From Candidatus Brocadiia bacterium (GTDB lineage Bacteria > Planctomycetota > Brocadiia > SM23-32): 64,000 nt of DNA. The stretch spans positions 32,001 to 96,000 of the forward strand of contig JBKHIT010000001.1 in assembly GCA_046538485.1 (NCBI GenBank). Direction: 5' to 3'. Both the position numbers and the translations under genes were made by a program. Under the pieces are notes generated by a model that was given only the letters and a program-made list of their open reading frames with translations, was not told the DNA's origin and did no database searches. Of the stretch, positions 1 through 9,567 are shown one piece after another. The first letter of the stretch is position 1, and every line of letters starts with the position of its first letter.

Positions 1-350
1 TGAACACCAGTGACAAAAGTTCTGAAAGGACGGATGCTCAAAAAGACCAGGATTACGTTGTGAGGCTTTACGTAGCGGGTGAAGGCCCACGGTCTTCTCG
101 TGCAATAGAAAACCTGAACCGCATTTGTCGCGAACATATGCCCGACCATTATGACATCGAAATCGTCGATATTGTTAAGAACCCGGACGCGGCAGAAGAG
201 GGCAACATTGTTGCTGTACCTACCGTGATCAAAAAACTCCCTCCCCCCCTGCGGAAGGTTGTCGGTGATCTCTCCCAAATCGAAAAGGTCCTCGTAGGTC
301 TCGAAATAGAAACCGAGCCGGAGGATAACGGCGATGAAGATGAGGCATAA
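1..350 (+). CDS. kaiB: KaiB-family circadian clock protein; start codon probably just before the window edge
   Basis: KaiB motifs LRLYVAG..PRS..AI.NL..IC, IEIVDI.KNP..AE...IVA.PT..K.LPPP.R...GDLS. The frame is open from nt 3 (NTSDKSSERTDAQKDQDYVVRLYVAG) and nt 1-2 read TG. Confidence 0.93.
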   Translation, partial: NTSDKSSERTDAQKDQDYVVRLYVAGEGPRSSRAIENLNRICREHMPDHYDIEIVDIVKNPDAAEEGNIVAVPTVIKKLPPPLRKVVGDLSQIEKVLVGLEIETEPEDNGDEDEA

Positions 351-2984
351 GGTGCTCATTCTCATCCTGGCAGCGGTTCCTCTCCTCTGGGTCGTCGATG
401 CCGCCTTGGATTTTTTCTGGTTCTACGACCGCACTTTCTCCGAGCTCCTGCTCACAAATGTTCCGGCCCACGAAATTTTTGTCAGAGCGCTGGAAAGCGG
501 GATTGTTCTTCTATTTGGTTTCATAATCGTCAAACTCGTGGGAGATCAAGAGAAAACAAAAGAGTCGGCAGAACAGGCCGAGCATTTTCTCAACAGCACA
601 CTCGATGCCCTTTCGGCCCACCTAGCCATCCTGGACGAAAACGGAACCATCCTTAACGTCAATGGGTCCTGGCGCCGTTTCGCCGACGAGAACGGTCTCG
701 CGTGGAACGATTACGGAATCGGTCGGAATTACCTTCAGCTCATCGAAGAAGCATCGGGGGATTCCATGGAGCGCGCTCGGGACGCGCTCGAAGGCATCAA
801 AGAGCTGCTGGCGGGCAAACAGGATCATTTCCAGCTCGAATATCCGTGCCACAGTTCCGATACGAAAAGATGGTTCCAGATGCACGGCACGTCGTTTGAC
901 ACTCGTGCCGGGAAGCGGGTGGTCCTCGCCCATGAAAATATTACCCAGCGCCGGCAAGCTGAGGAACGCACGCGTCAGTTAAACACCTCCTTCGCTCCAT
1001 CCGCAACGTCAACCAGATTATCGTCCAGGAATCTGAACTCGATGTGCTGACGGAAAAGGCATCGGAAGCGATAATCGAGAACCAATCGTTGCGAGGAAGT
1101 CTTGTGGCCCTTCTTGATCACGACACCGGTATGATAACTCCGATCGTCTGCGCCGGAGAACAATACCTTTCGGAAAACTGGGCAGTCACACCCGATGGTT
1201 CAGGGAACGCACCCCGGTGTATCAAAAAGGCCCTCGAAACCGGTCAAATATGTATTACTGAACCGGCGGACCACTGCGACGATTGTGCGTACGCCGACAC
1301 GTCAGATGTTTCCGCAACTGCAACATTTCCTATCAACCATCAGGCGCAAACGGTCGGCGTATTCCACGTCCATCTCAGCGATGATGCTGCTATGGACCCG
1401 AGTCAAAAAGAGCTTTTACAGGAAGTAGGCCGGGATCTCGGATTGGCCCGGGCAAAAGTCATTGCTGAAAACGAACTCACAACCATGACCTCTAGGTTTC
1501 GGAAACTTTTCGAGCTCAACGTCGATCCAATAATCGTCGTGGACAAAGACGGTGTCGTCCGTTTCGCCAATCCCGCAGCCCTAGAAATGTTCGGCCTAAC
1601 ACGCGCCGAAATGGAGGGGCAGGAATTCGGTTTCCCGGCAGCCGGATCGGGACCCGTTGAAATCGATACGGTCAAACCAGGCGAAGGACCCCGAACCGCT
1701 GAAATGCGCTCGAATAGCATCTCCTGGGACGGGGAAAAGGCATTTCTAGTCACGCTTCGGGATATAACTGATAGGAAACAAACGGAAGAAGAACTGAAAC
1801 AGACGAATTGCCAACTTGAAGAAACACTCGAAGATTTGCATAGAACCGAGCAGCAGCTGATCGATCAGGAACGCCAGCGCGCCCTGTCCCAGATGGCCAG
1901 CGGCATCGCTCATGATTTCAACAACGCCCTCTCCACAATCCTCGGTTTTACCGATCTGTTGCTTGAATCTAAAGGCAAACTCAAAGATGTTGACACCGCG
2001 CGGGATTACCTTGCGCACGTGCGAAAAGAAGCCACCAATGCCGCCGAAACCGTCCGTCGGATGCGCAAATTCTACCGGCCCCGAGAAGACGAACAGTTCA
2101 AGAATCTGGACCTCAACTCGCTCATCGAAGAAGCGATTTCTATGACCCAACCCCGCTGGCAGGAAGAAGCCCGAGCCGAAGGGATCAGCATCGACATCGA
2201 GAAAGATCTCGGCGATCTCCCCGAATTGGCCGGAAATGAAAGCGAACTCCACGAAATGCTCACAAATCTCATTTTCAACGCCGTCGATGCCATGCCAAAC
2301 GACGGAAAAATCAAATTCCACACCCGACAAACCGATGATGAAGTCCTGCTTGAAGTCGGCGACACGGGGGAAGGTATGCCTGAAGACGTCCGCTTGCACT
2401 GCCTGGAACCGTTCTTCACAACGAAGCAGCAGTCCGGCACGGGGCTCGGACTTTCAACAGTAAAAGGCATCCTCAAGCGGCACGGCGGAAGTATATCGGT
2501 CGAAAGCGAAGAAGGGGAAGGCACAACTTTCAAAATTTTACTCCCCCTGCAAGAACCCACCAAAGAACAGCCAGAAGGATCGGCGCCGCCTCAGGGAGAG
2601 ATTGGCGCTCTAAAAGTACTCGTTGTGGAAGACAAAAAAGAACAACGCGAGTTGCTGGCGGAATATCTTTCGCTTGATGACCACAGGGTCGACGTGGCGC
2701 CGAATGGGCGCGAAGGCCTGCGAAAGTTCATGCAGGGCTACTACGACCTGGTCATGACGGATCGTTCGATGCCGGAGATCAGCGGCGACCGCCTGGCAGT
2801 TCAGGTCAAGAACAAAGCTCCATCAAAACCCGTCATTATGCTGACGGGGTTCGGCGATATGATGGATGCGGCGGAAGAAACTCCGGACGGCGTCGATCTC
2901 GTGTTGTCCAAACCCGTATCCCTCGACCAGCTGCGGGAAGCTCTGATCAAAGTGATGAATGAAAACGAACGGCAAGGCCGCTAA
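334..2984 (+). pseudogene. Membrane-anchored hybrid histidine kinase (2TM-PAS-GAF-PAS-HisKA-HATPase-REC) split by a single-base frameshift near nt 986
   Basis: ORF 334-1050 has two TM helices and a PAS domain. A -1 shift at AACACC/CTCCTT gives ...QLNTLLRSIRNVNQIIVQESELDVLTEKA, which runs into ORF 1044-2984 (H-box GIAHDFNN, N-box NLIFNAVDAM, G-boxes DTGEGM and GTGLGL, C-terminal REC). Could be a real mutation or a sequencing error. Confidence 0.85.
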
Positions 2985-3189
2985 CAGGATACCGAGTTTG
3001 CGGGGCCGGGAGCCGCGAGCGGACTGGACTTCAGCCGGAGGCTGGAGTTCAGAACGCGGGCCATAAACCGACAGGTCTCGGAGCAAAACAGCAGAACAAC
3101 CAGCGGCAGGTCCGCCTCGGCGATGCGGACCGACAGATCCCGAGCATTGTCCGAACCCGCAACAGCTCTCAGCTTCTGGAAACTTCCCA

Positions 3190-3362
3190 CAATATATCCT
3201 CTAGCGTTTCCACCTTCACAACCTTTCCAAGGAGATGATTCTTGCCGTATTTCTTCAGCCAGTTGGCAACCGTCGACCCGCCGCCAATGCCGTAGTTCCG
3301 GCGGGCCTCGGCCATGCTGCTGAGTTTGCCAGACTCCAGTTCCGAAATAACCTTGAAGGTTC
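3190..3362 (-). mobile_element. IS3-family transposase OrfA (HTH) remnant
   Basis: Translation FKVISELESGKLSSMAEARRNYGIGGGSTVANWLKKYGKNHLLGKVVKVET resembles IS3-type OrfA HTH proteins. No proper start, no OrfB and no terminal repeats seen. Confidence 0.7.
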
Positions 3363-3376
3363 GCAGGATGTTTCCC

Positions 3377-4141
3377 TCATTCGGTCCCCACAACACCTTC
3401 CTGTCCGATGATTCGGACTCCGGCCTCTAATTCCCGTCCATTGGCAGCTATGCTCACGGTCTGAGTGATTCCGGCTGGGGTCTCGGCATCGCAGGGATAT
3501 CCGGCGATTCCTATCCTGACATCCATACCGGTGATATGGCCGCGTTCGCCCAGTTCGAGTTCAAATTCCTTAATATTCTGGCGCAGAGTCTGCATTTTTT
3601 CCTTCGCATCTCCCAGACTCGTTTCGGGCAACAGCATAGAAAATTCTTGCCCGCCGAGCCGGGCTACAACACCGTCTTCGCCTGCTACATCCTCAATTTC
3701 CTCGGCCATGCCACAAAGCACAATGTCCCCGACAGCATGGCCAAATTCGGCATTAATACGCTCAAGCCCGATAATGCGGAGGTAGGAAAAAGCAGCAGCC
3801 TTCCCCACTTCGAACGCGTGTTCACGTGCTTTTTTCAGGCGTTCTCGCATATATTCTGACGTGAAAACACCCGTTAATGAATCCCGGTCGGTCATATCCT
3901 TTATCGTCTGTGCCTGTTCTTGTGCAAAATCCATTACGGCGCGGAAGGCATATACCGTAACAACAATAGACCACAACAGCATCGGAACAAGAAGAACACT
4001 CACCAACAGGGACAAGTTCCCGAAGAATCCGAGAGCTACCAGGTGCAACACGATGAATGCGCTCAACCCCGCCGACCCGTAGAAAACTTTGCGAAACCTG
4101 CCGATTACCTTCTCGTCCATAACCGTCTGTTTGTCTTCCAT
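3377..4141 (-). CDS. 2-TM GGDEF-domain protein with degenerate active site (GGQEF)
   Basis: DSLTG, INAEFGH.VGD, ARLGGQEF and IGIAGYP motifs; two N-terminal hydrophobic helices; ATG at 4141 after AGAGGAG. Confidence 0.88.
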   Translation of the reverse strand: MEDKQTVMDEKVIGRFRKVFYGSAGLSAFIVLHLVALGFFGNLSLLVSVLLVPMLLWSIVVTVYAFRAVMDFAQEQAQTIKDMTDRDSLTGVFTSEYMRERLKKAREHAFEVGKAAAFSYLRIIGLERINAEFGHAVGDIVLCGMAEEIEDVAGEDGVVARLGGQEFSMLLPETSLGDAKEKMQTLRQNIKEFELELGERGHITGMDVRIGIAGYPCDAETPAGITQTVSIAANGRELEAGVRIIGQEGVVGTE

Positions 4142-4245
4142 CCGGCTCTCTCCTCTTTTGTGCAGTGACAATGTTCAGTGCAAACTTTGGATCCCGTACA
4201 GCCAGCGCTGACAACCGTTATAATTAGTTTCCTTTTTTGTTTTTG

Positions 4246-5349
4246 TCAATCCGTCTTGAGAGCTTCCTGGAAGTCCTGCTTGATCTCTCTTATCTGATCC
4301 AAATTCTCAATAAACAGATCGAATATCTCCGGGTCAAAATGCGCCCCACGACCGCTTTTCATGATTTCCAGCGCTTCCGACTCCGGGAGAGGATCGCGGT
4401 AAGGACGTTTCTCGCTGAGGGCATCATAAACATCAGCGACCGCGCATATCCGGCCAAAAAGCGGAATATCCTCGCCTTCCAGACCTTCGGGATATCCGGA
4501 TCCATCCCATTGTTCATGGTGAGTTCTCGCGATAGTTTCACCCCCCTGGAGGACTTTTGAATCCGAACCTCCTAAAATCCTGGCCCCGATTTCTGTGTGA
4601 GACTTCATGATTCCCCATTCGTCCGAAGAAAGCTTGCCGGGTTTCAGCAAAATTTTGTCGGGTATCCCGATTTTGCCCATATCGTGCATACGGCTGGCAA
4701 AATTAAGCGTTTCGACATCGCCCGGCGGCAGATGGAGCAGTTCTCCGAGAAAAGTACAATACTTTCCGATTCTCTGGACATGCGCCCCGGTCATTTCGTC
4801 GCGGTATTCCGAAGCAATCGCCAAACGTTTCACAGTCTCCTGGTGGGCATAATGTGCTTCCCTTTGCGCCTTCGCGGTCTCGCGAAGTGCACTCCGAAGT
4901 TCCTTCTTGCTCAAATCGTTCCACTGGTCATCCAATCCCGAATATTCTTCGTTTTCCTCGACCCCCTCCTTTACCTGCCCGATATGCGCTTCCAGGACTT
5001 CACCTACTTCATTCCAATCGATCGGTTTTGCGATGAAATCATCCGCCCCGAGACTCTCTGCCCGTTCCCTGTCCGTTGCACTGTCGAGTCCGGTGACCAT
5101 AACGACCGGGATGTCAGAACTATGTTCTCCGTTTCGGATACGGCCCAAAACTTCGTAACCATCCAGCCCCGACATCTTTGCGTCCAGGAATACCAGATCG
5201 AAACCCAATTTCAGTTTCGCGAGGGCTTCATAACCATCGGCGGCGCCTTCGGATTCATAGCCGAGCTGACCCAACCTTTCCGAAAGCAGAATCCGGTTTC
5301 GTTCCTCGTCATCAACCACCAAAATTCGGGACCTTTTGTTCTTTTTCAT
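4246..5349 (-). CDS. REC + HD-GYP c-di-GMP phosphodiesterase (RpfG-like response regulator)
   Basis: N-terminal REC (ILVVDDE, FLDAKM, KP); HDMGKIGIPD, HHEQWDGSGYPEGL, AVADVYDAL and RPYR motifs. Confidence 0.93.
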   Translation of the reverse strand: MKKNKRSRILVVDDEERNRILLSERLGQLGYESEGAADGYEALAKLKLGFDLVFLDAKMSGLDGYEVLGRIRNGEHSSDIPVVMVTGLDSATDRERAESLGADDFIAKPIDWNEVGEVLEAHIGQVKEGVEENEEYSGLDDQWNDLSKKELRSALRETAKAQREAHYAHQETVKRLAIASEYRDEMTGAHVQRIGKYCTFLGELLHLPPGDVETLNFASRMHDMGKIGIPDKILLKPGKLSSDEWGIMKSHTEIGARILGGSDSKVLQGGETIARTHHEQWDGSGYPEGLEGEDIPLFGRICAVADVYDALSEKRPYRDPLPESEALEIMKSGRGAHFDPEIFDLFIENLDQIREIKQDFQEALKTD

Positions 5350-8300
5350 TGGTCTTTCTTCCCTCCCGTAAGAACTTCATTGAGTGCTAATCTCAGATCT
5401 TTCAGAGCGATCGGTTTGGACAAAATTGCATCGACTCCTACCACTGTTTCACCGCGTTCGTGCATAATATCCCCGAACCCCGTCAGCATAATGACGGGTT
5501 TTTCTGGTGCTTTCTTCTTGATCAATTTTGCGAGTTCATCCCCGGCCATTTCTGGCATAGCTCTGTCCACAATCACCAGATCAAACCAATCGGCGTGGAA
5601 TTTCGTCAGTCCCTCGGCGCCATCGGAAGCTGTCTTCACGCTGTGGCCATCGCTCCTGAGGTATTCCGCCACGACTTCTCTGACCCCGTCTTCATCGTCA
5701 ACCACAAGAATATTAACCGGTTGGTCCACACGGACCATTTCCTCGTCCTCGGTTTCGGTTTCTATATTAGAAGCATCTTCACTCATGCGAGGAAAACTCA
5801 ACCGAACACAGGTGCCGATTCCCGGTTCACTTTCAATATCCATATTGCCGCCGTGCCGTTCAACAATCCCATGTAACAAAGAAAGTCCGAGGCCGCTCCC
5901 CGTATCGCCTTTCGTTGAGAAAAAAGGCTCCAAACACCGCCGAAGGGTCTTTTCCTCCATGCCCTCGCCGGTATCCCGCACTTCGAGTTCCACATTCTCC
6001 GCGGTGGATACGGTGTCAAAAGAAATCTTGCCGCCGTCCGACATAGCATCGACACCATTGAATATGAGATTTGCGATCCCCTCACGCAGTTCGGCTTCTT
6101 GTCCGGCAATCTGCGGAAGATTCTGCTCCAGATCCGTCTCAACTTCAATACTGACTCCTTCCGATTCCGCCTGGTCACGCCATCGCGGGGCGGTCAAAGA
6201 TATGCATTCCTCCACAACAGAGTTCAGGTCGACCGCTTCGAATCCTTCCGTCTCATCCCGCTGCCGGTAAAAAGACCGCATCCGCCGGACGGTCTCTCCC
6301 GCATCAGAGGCCGCCTTGCGAATGAGACCGAGGTACCGCTTCGCCTTTTCCCTGTCCTCCAGATTCTGGGGGTTCTCCGTCAGTAACTCGGTAAATCCAA
6401 GAATCTGAGAGAGCGCGTTGTTAAAATCGTGCGCGATACCGCTGGCCATCTCCCCAAGCGCCCGCAGACGTTCCTGCCGGATCACATTCTTTTCGGTCTC
6501 CTGAAGCCGTTCCAACGTCTCAGCAAGTTCTTCATTTGCCTTCTTAAGCTCCCGTTCGGCCTTCTTCTCTTCCGTCACCTCGATCCCAATAGCCACCGAT
6601 CCGATGACATCTCCCGAACCATCTTTCAGGTTGTGCGAATTCCAGCGCATAATGCGCTCTTCGCCCTCTTTGGTCTGGATCGTTGTTTCCAGACCGACTA
6701 CGTCCATTTCGTCCTGGGCCACCTCCTGGGCTCGCTCGACGATTTCGGCCCGGTAGTCGGGATCTGGATAAAGCCATTCCCAAATTTTTCCCTTCCCTTG
6801 CACTTCCTCGCGGGAGTACCCGGTGATATCCTCAGCCGCGTCGTTCCAGAGGATCACGTCGCCGCGCATATCCAGCACTTCGATCCAGACATTCGCGCCG
6901 TTAATGACCGTTTCCTGAAAACTCGCCAGTTCCTGCACCTGTTCCTCGGCTTTCTTGCGTTCCGTCAAATCGAGAAAAACCCCGATCACATACACCGAGT
7001 CCGTATCTTCATCCCGGACAAGAGACATCGATACTTGAACGGGGAACGTGGATCCATCTTTCCGTTCAGCAACGAGTTCCCCCGACCACTCCGCGTTTTG
7101 ACGGGTCTGACGATGGGCCGCGCGAGCGTTCTCGGGATTCTCCCAGAATTCCGACGCCATGTGCCCTATGACCTGGTCACGGTCTTCGTACCCCCACATC
7201 TTCAGCGTGGCGGGATTCGCGAGGATTACTTTCCCCTGAGCATCGATCATCGTGATTCCGTTGATTGATGATTCGATCGCCCGGCTTTGAATCCGCATCT
7301 TATGCTCTGCACGCTTCCGTTCGGTTATATCGTTCTTCGTTGAAATATAGTTGACAATTCTCCCGTCGCTGTCTCTGACAGCGCTGACACTCGCATACGT
7401 GACAATTTCCGTTCCGTCCGGTCGCTCATTCCGGATTTCTCCCTCCCAGGAGCCTTCTTGCCGAACTGTTCCCATTATTTCACTTGTAACACCGTGTGGT
7501 TCTTCACTCACATTGAACTCCGAAACGTGGAGCCCGATCATGTCGTTCCGTTTGTACCCCTGCATCTCGGCCGCCGCCGCATTGGCATATTTTATTCGCC
7601 CTTCGGCATCCGTCATGATCACTGCCTCCTGTGCCATCTCAACCGCCTGAAGGAGTCTTTCCTTTTCCGCAGTGACCTGTTTCCGTTCCGTTATGTCCGT
7701 AATAATACCCTCGAGAAACACCGGTTCTTCCCCGGCCGGACTGACAGCGCAGCCCTGTTCCCACACCCATCTTTCGTTCCCGTCCCGACCAATAATCCGA
7801 TATTCGAGTTCGAACTTTCGATCTTCCTGGACGGCTTCCTGCACACAATTCCAAACCCGCTCACGGTCATCAGGATGTATGAGGTCCCCATAAAGCACCT
7901 CACATCCCAACATCAGTTCCGTGGCCTCGTAACCCGTGATTTCCGCCGCGGCATCGCTGCAAAACTCCATCGACCATCCGGGCTCGTTGTAACATCGGTA
8001 GGCCATCCCCGGTAGACTGTTGACCAGAGCATCCATGCGTCCTTTGCTTTCGCGTAGAGCATCATCCGTGAGGGCTTTGCCCCGAGCGAATCCCAGATCC
8101 TGTGCTATTTCATCCGGTTCGTATCCCGTCATATCCGTCCAGGCTTTGTTAATCGTCACCACTTCCCCGTCTTCCGCGTGAACCATAATCGGGAACGGGG
8201 CTTCTTTGACAGTCCGTTCAAACCGGTCGGGAAGCGCATTATCACCGTGGTCTGTGCCCGCCGATTGCGCCTCACGTTTCACGGCTTCAACCAGGCGTTC

Positions 8301-8639
8301 TGAATCCCCCCGGACAACGACATCGGACACCCCCGCCCGCATCCAGTCCGCCGTCTGTGCTTCACCCACTGGTTTCGTTGCAACAATAAAGGGTAACTTC
8401 CGGTCGGCATTTCGAACCTTTTGGAGCGCCTCCTGCACGTCTAAGCCAGACATCGAAGCATCAAACAAAGCGATATCCCAACCCTTTTCCCGGAGGGCTG
8501 CATCCAGTTTTTCTGGATTCTCCGCACATCCCCCGTCGATCTCACGGTCCGCACCGGCCAATTCGCCCATGATCCGACGCACATCCTCCTCTGAATCCGC
8601 AATAAGCAGAATACTGAGCCGGTTGAGCTGGTTTTTCAT
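5346..8639 (-). CDS. Cytoplasmic hybrid histidine kinase (REC-like, multiple PAS, HisKA, HATPase, REC)
   Basis: Repeated PAS/PAC ends (DITERK, DLTERK), H-box GIAHDFNN, DTGEGM, GSGLGL, C-terminal REC; ATGA overlap with the HD-GYP gene. Confidence 0.93.
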   Translation of the reverse strand: MKNQLNRLSILLIADSEEDVRRIMGELAGADREIDGGCAENPEKLDAALREKGWDIALFDASMSGLDVQEALQKVRNADRKLPFIVATKPVGEAQTADWMRAGVSDVVVRGDSERLVEAVKREAQSAGTDHGDNALPDRFERTVKEAPFPIMVHAEDGEVVTINKAWTDMTGYEPDEIAQDLGFARGKALTDDALRESKGRMDALVNSLPGMAYRCYNEPGWSMEFCSDAAAEITGYEATELMLGCEVLYGDLIHPDDRERVWNCVQEAVQEDRKFELEYRIIGRDGNERWVWEQGCAVSPAGEEPVFLEGIITDITERKQVTAEKERLLQAVEMAQEAVIMTDAEGRIKYANAAAAEMQGYKRNDMIGLHVSEFNVSEEPHGVTSEIMGTVRQEGSWEGEIRNERPDGTEIVTYASVSAVRDSDGRIVNYISTKNDITERKRAEHKMRIQSRAIESSINGITMIDAQGKVILANPATLKMWGYEDRDQVIGHMASEFWENPENARAAHRQTRQNAEWSGELVAERKDGSTFPVQVSMSLVRDEDTDSVYVIGVFLDLTERKKAEEQVQELASFQETVINGANVWIEVLDMRGDVILWNDAAEDITGYSREEVQGKGKIWEWLYPDPDYRAEIVERAQEVAQDEMDVVGLETTIQTKEGEERIMRWNSHNLKDGSGDVIGSVAIGIEVTEEKKAERELKKANEELAETLERLQETEKNVIRQERLRALGEMASGIAHDFNNALSQILGFTELLTENPQNLEDREKAKRYLGLIRKAASDAGETVRRMRSFYRQRDETEGFEAVDLNSVVEECISLTAPRWRDQAESEGVSIEVETDLEQNLPQIAGQEAELREGIANLIFNGVDAMSDGGKISFDTVSTAENVELEVRDTGEGMEEKTLRRCLEPFFSTKGDTGSGLGLSLLHGIVERHGGNMDIESEPGIGTCVRLSFPRMSEDASNIETETEDEEMVRVDQPVNILVVDDEDGVREVVAEYLRSDGHSVKTASDGAEGLTKFHADWFDLVIVDRAMPEMAGDELAKLIKKKAPEKPVIMLTGFGDIMHERGETVVGVDAILSKPIALKDLRLALNEVLTGGKKDQ

Positions 8640-8688
8640 TGTCTTAATAAACAGTTAATAAGGCCTACAACAGCCCGGGGATTGTATT

Positions 8689-9237
8689 CTATTCCGCGTT
8701 GCCTAAAGCTGTTTTGACAGCACGCAACAACTGTTTTTTAGAGGCCGGTTTTGAGACCACCGTCACCGGCGAATGTTCCAGAGCCTTCGCCATGAGCTCG
8801 CTGTCCGGATAGCCAGTATGGATGATGACGGGTAGATCGTCGTACAGCTTATGCGCCTCTTTCATGACCCATGGACCGGGCATATCTGGCAACTTCAAAT
8901 CCAGAACAACCACGTCCGGTTGGTCATTTTCAAGCAATTCAACCGCTTCAGCAGCTTTCGAAGCACACACCACACGGTAATCTGCCTCTTCCAGGACATC
9001 CTCGAGCAGTTCTCGGATGCCCGGCTCATCGTCAACGACCAGAATTTCTTTCCGCAACGAGACCCGCGATTGATCCCGCGCCCAGCGGCGCAGCTCAGCA
9101 ATGTCGAAGCGCCAGGATCGCCCGGCTTTATATGCCGGCACTTTTCCCTCCCGTGCAAATCGCCTCAGAGTTTCTTCATGCAAACCCAGAAAACCCGCCG
9201 CGCTTTGGGTATCGATAAGCTCACCTTGGGATATCAT
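8689..9237 (-). CDS. Excisionase-like HTH_17 DNA-binding domain fused to a receiver domain
   Basis: IDTQSAAGFLGLHEETLRRFAREGKVPAYKAGRSWRF (HTH_17) followed by ILVVDDE..VLDLKLPD..KP (REC); ATG at 9237 after GGAG. Confidence 0.9.
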   Translation of the reverse strand: MISQGELIDTQSAAGFLGLHEETLRRFAREGKVPAYKAGRSWRFDIAELRRWARDQSRVSLRKEILVVDDEPGIRELLEDVLEEADYRVVCASKAAEAVELLENDQPDVVVLDLKLPDMPGPWVMKEAHKLYDDLPVIIHTGYPDSELMAKALEHSPVTVVSKPASKKQLLRAVKTALGNAE

Positions 9238-9324
9238 ATCAGGTTCTCCGTCCCTGGCTGTGATCGAACGTTTATTTGCTATATTATACATCTTTATATA
9301 TTTAATGATTGTATTATATTGTGT

Positions 9325-9353
9325 ATAATAGCACACATCAGGCCCGCCGTCAA
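9325..9353 (-). promoter_or_regulatory. sigma70-type promoter of the HTH_17-REC / kinase / HD-GYP operon
   Basis: Minus strand reads TTGACG-N17-TATTAT with an extended -10 TG. Confidence 0.65.
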
Positions 9354-9567
9354 CACTTTTTTTACCCTTGAAACATTCGCATTTTATGTGTTTTTCGGCC
9401 ACGTATGCACAGCACCTCAAAACTTGCTGGCTGGTTTGGCCGTACGTCAGTTCAGCTAACCAACGCTCTCTCCTTGACAGACATTCTTTCGACGTTCAGT
9501 ATTATTCTCACGGTCAGTAGTATGCTGCTTCCCGCTTATACACAACAACCCGGCGAGGAGATTAAAT

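Noticed and set aside
4597..6270. 557-aa plus-strand ORF (also 6429-7268)
   Set aside because: Antisense shadow of the HD-GYP and kinase genes; no motifs.
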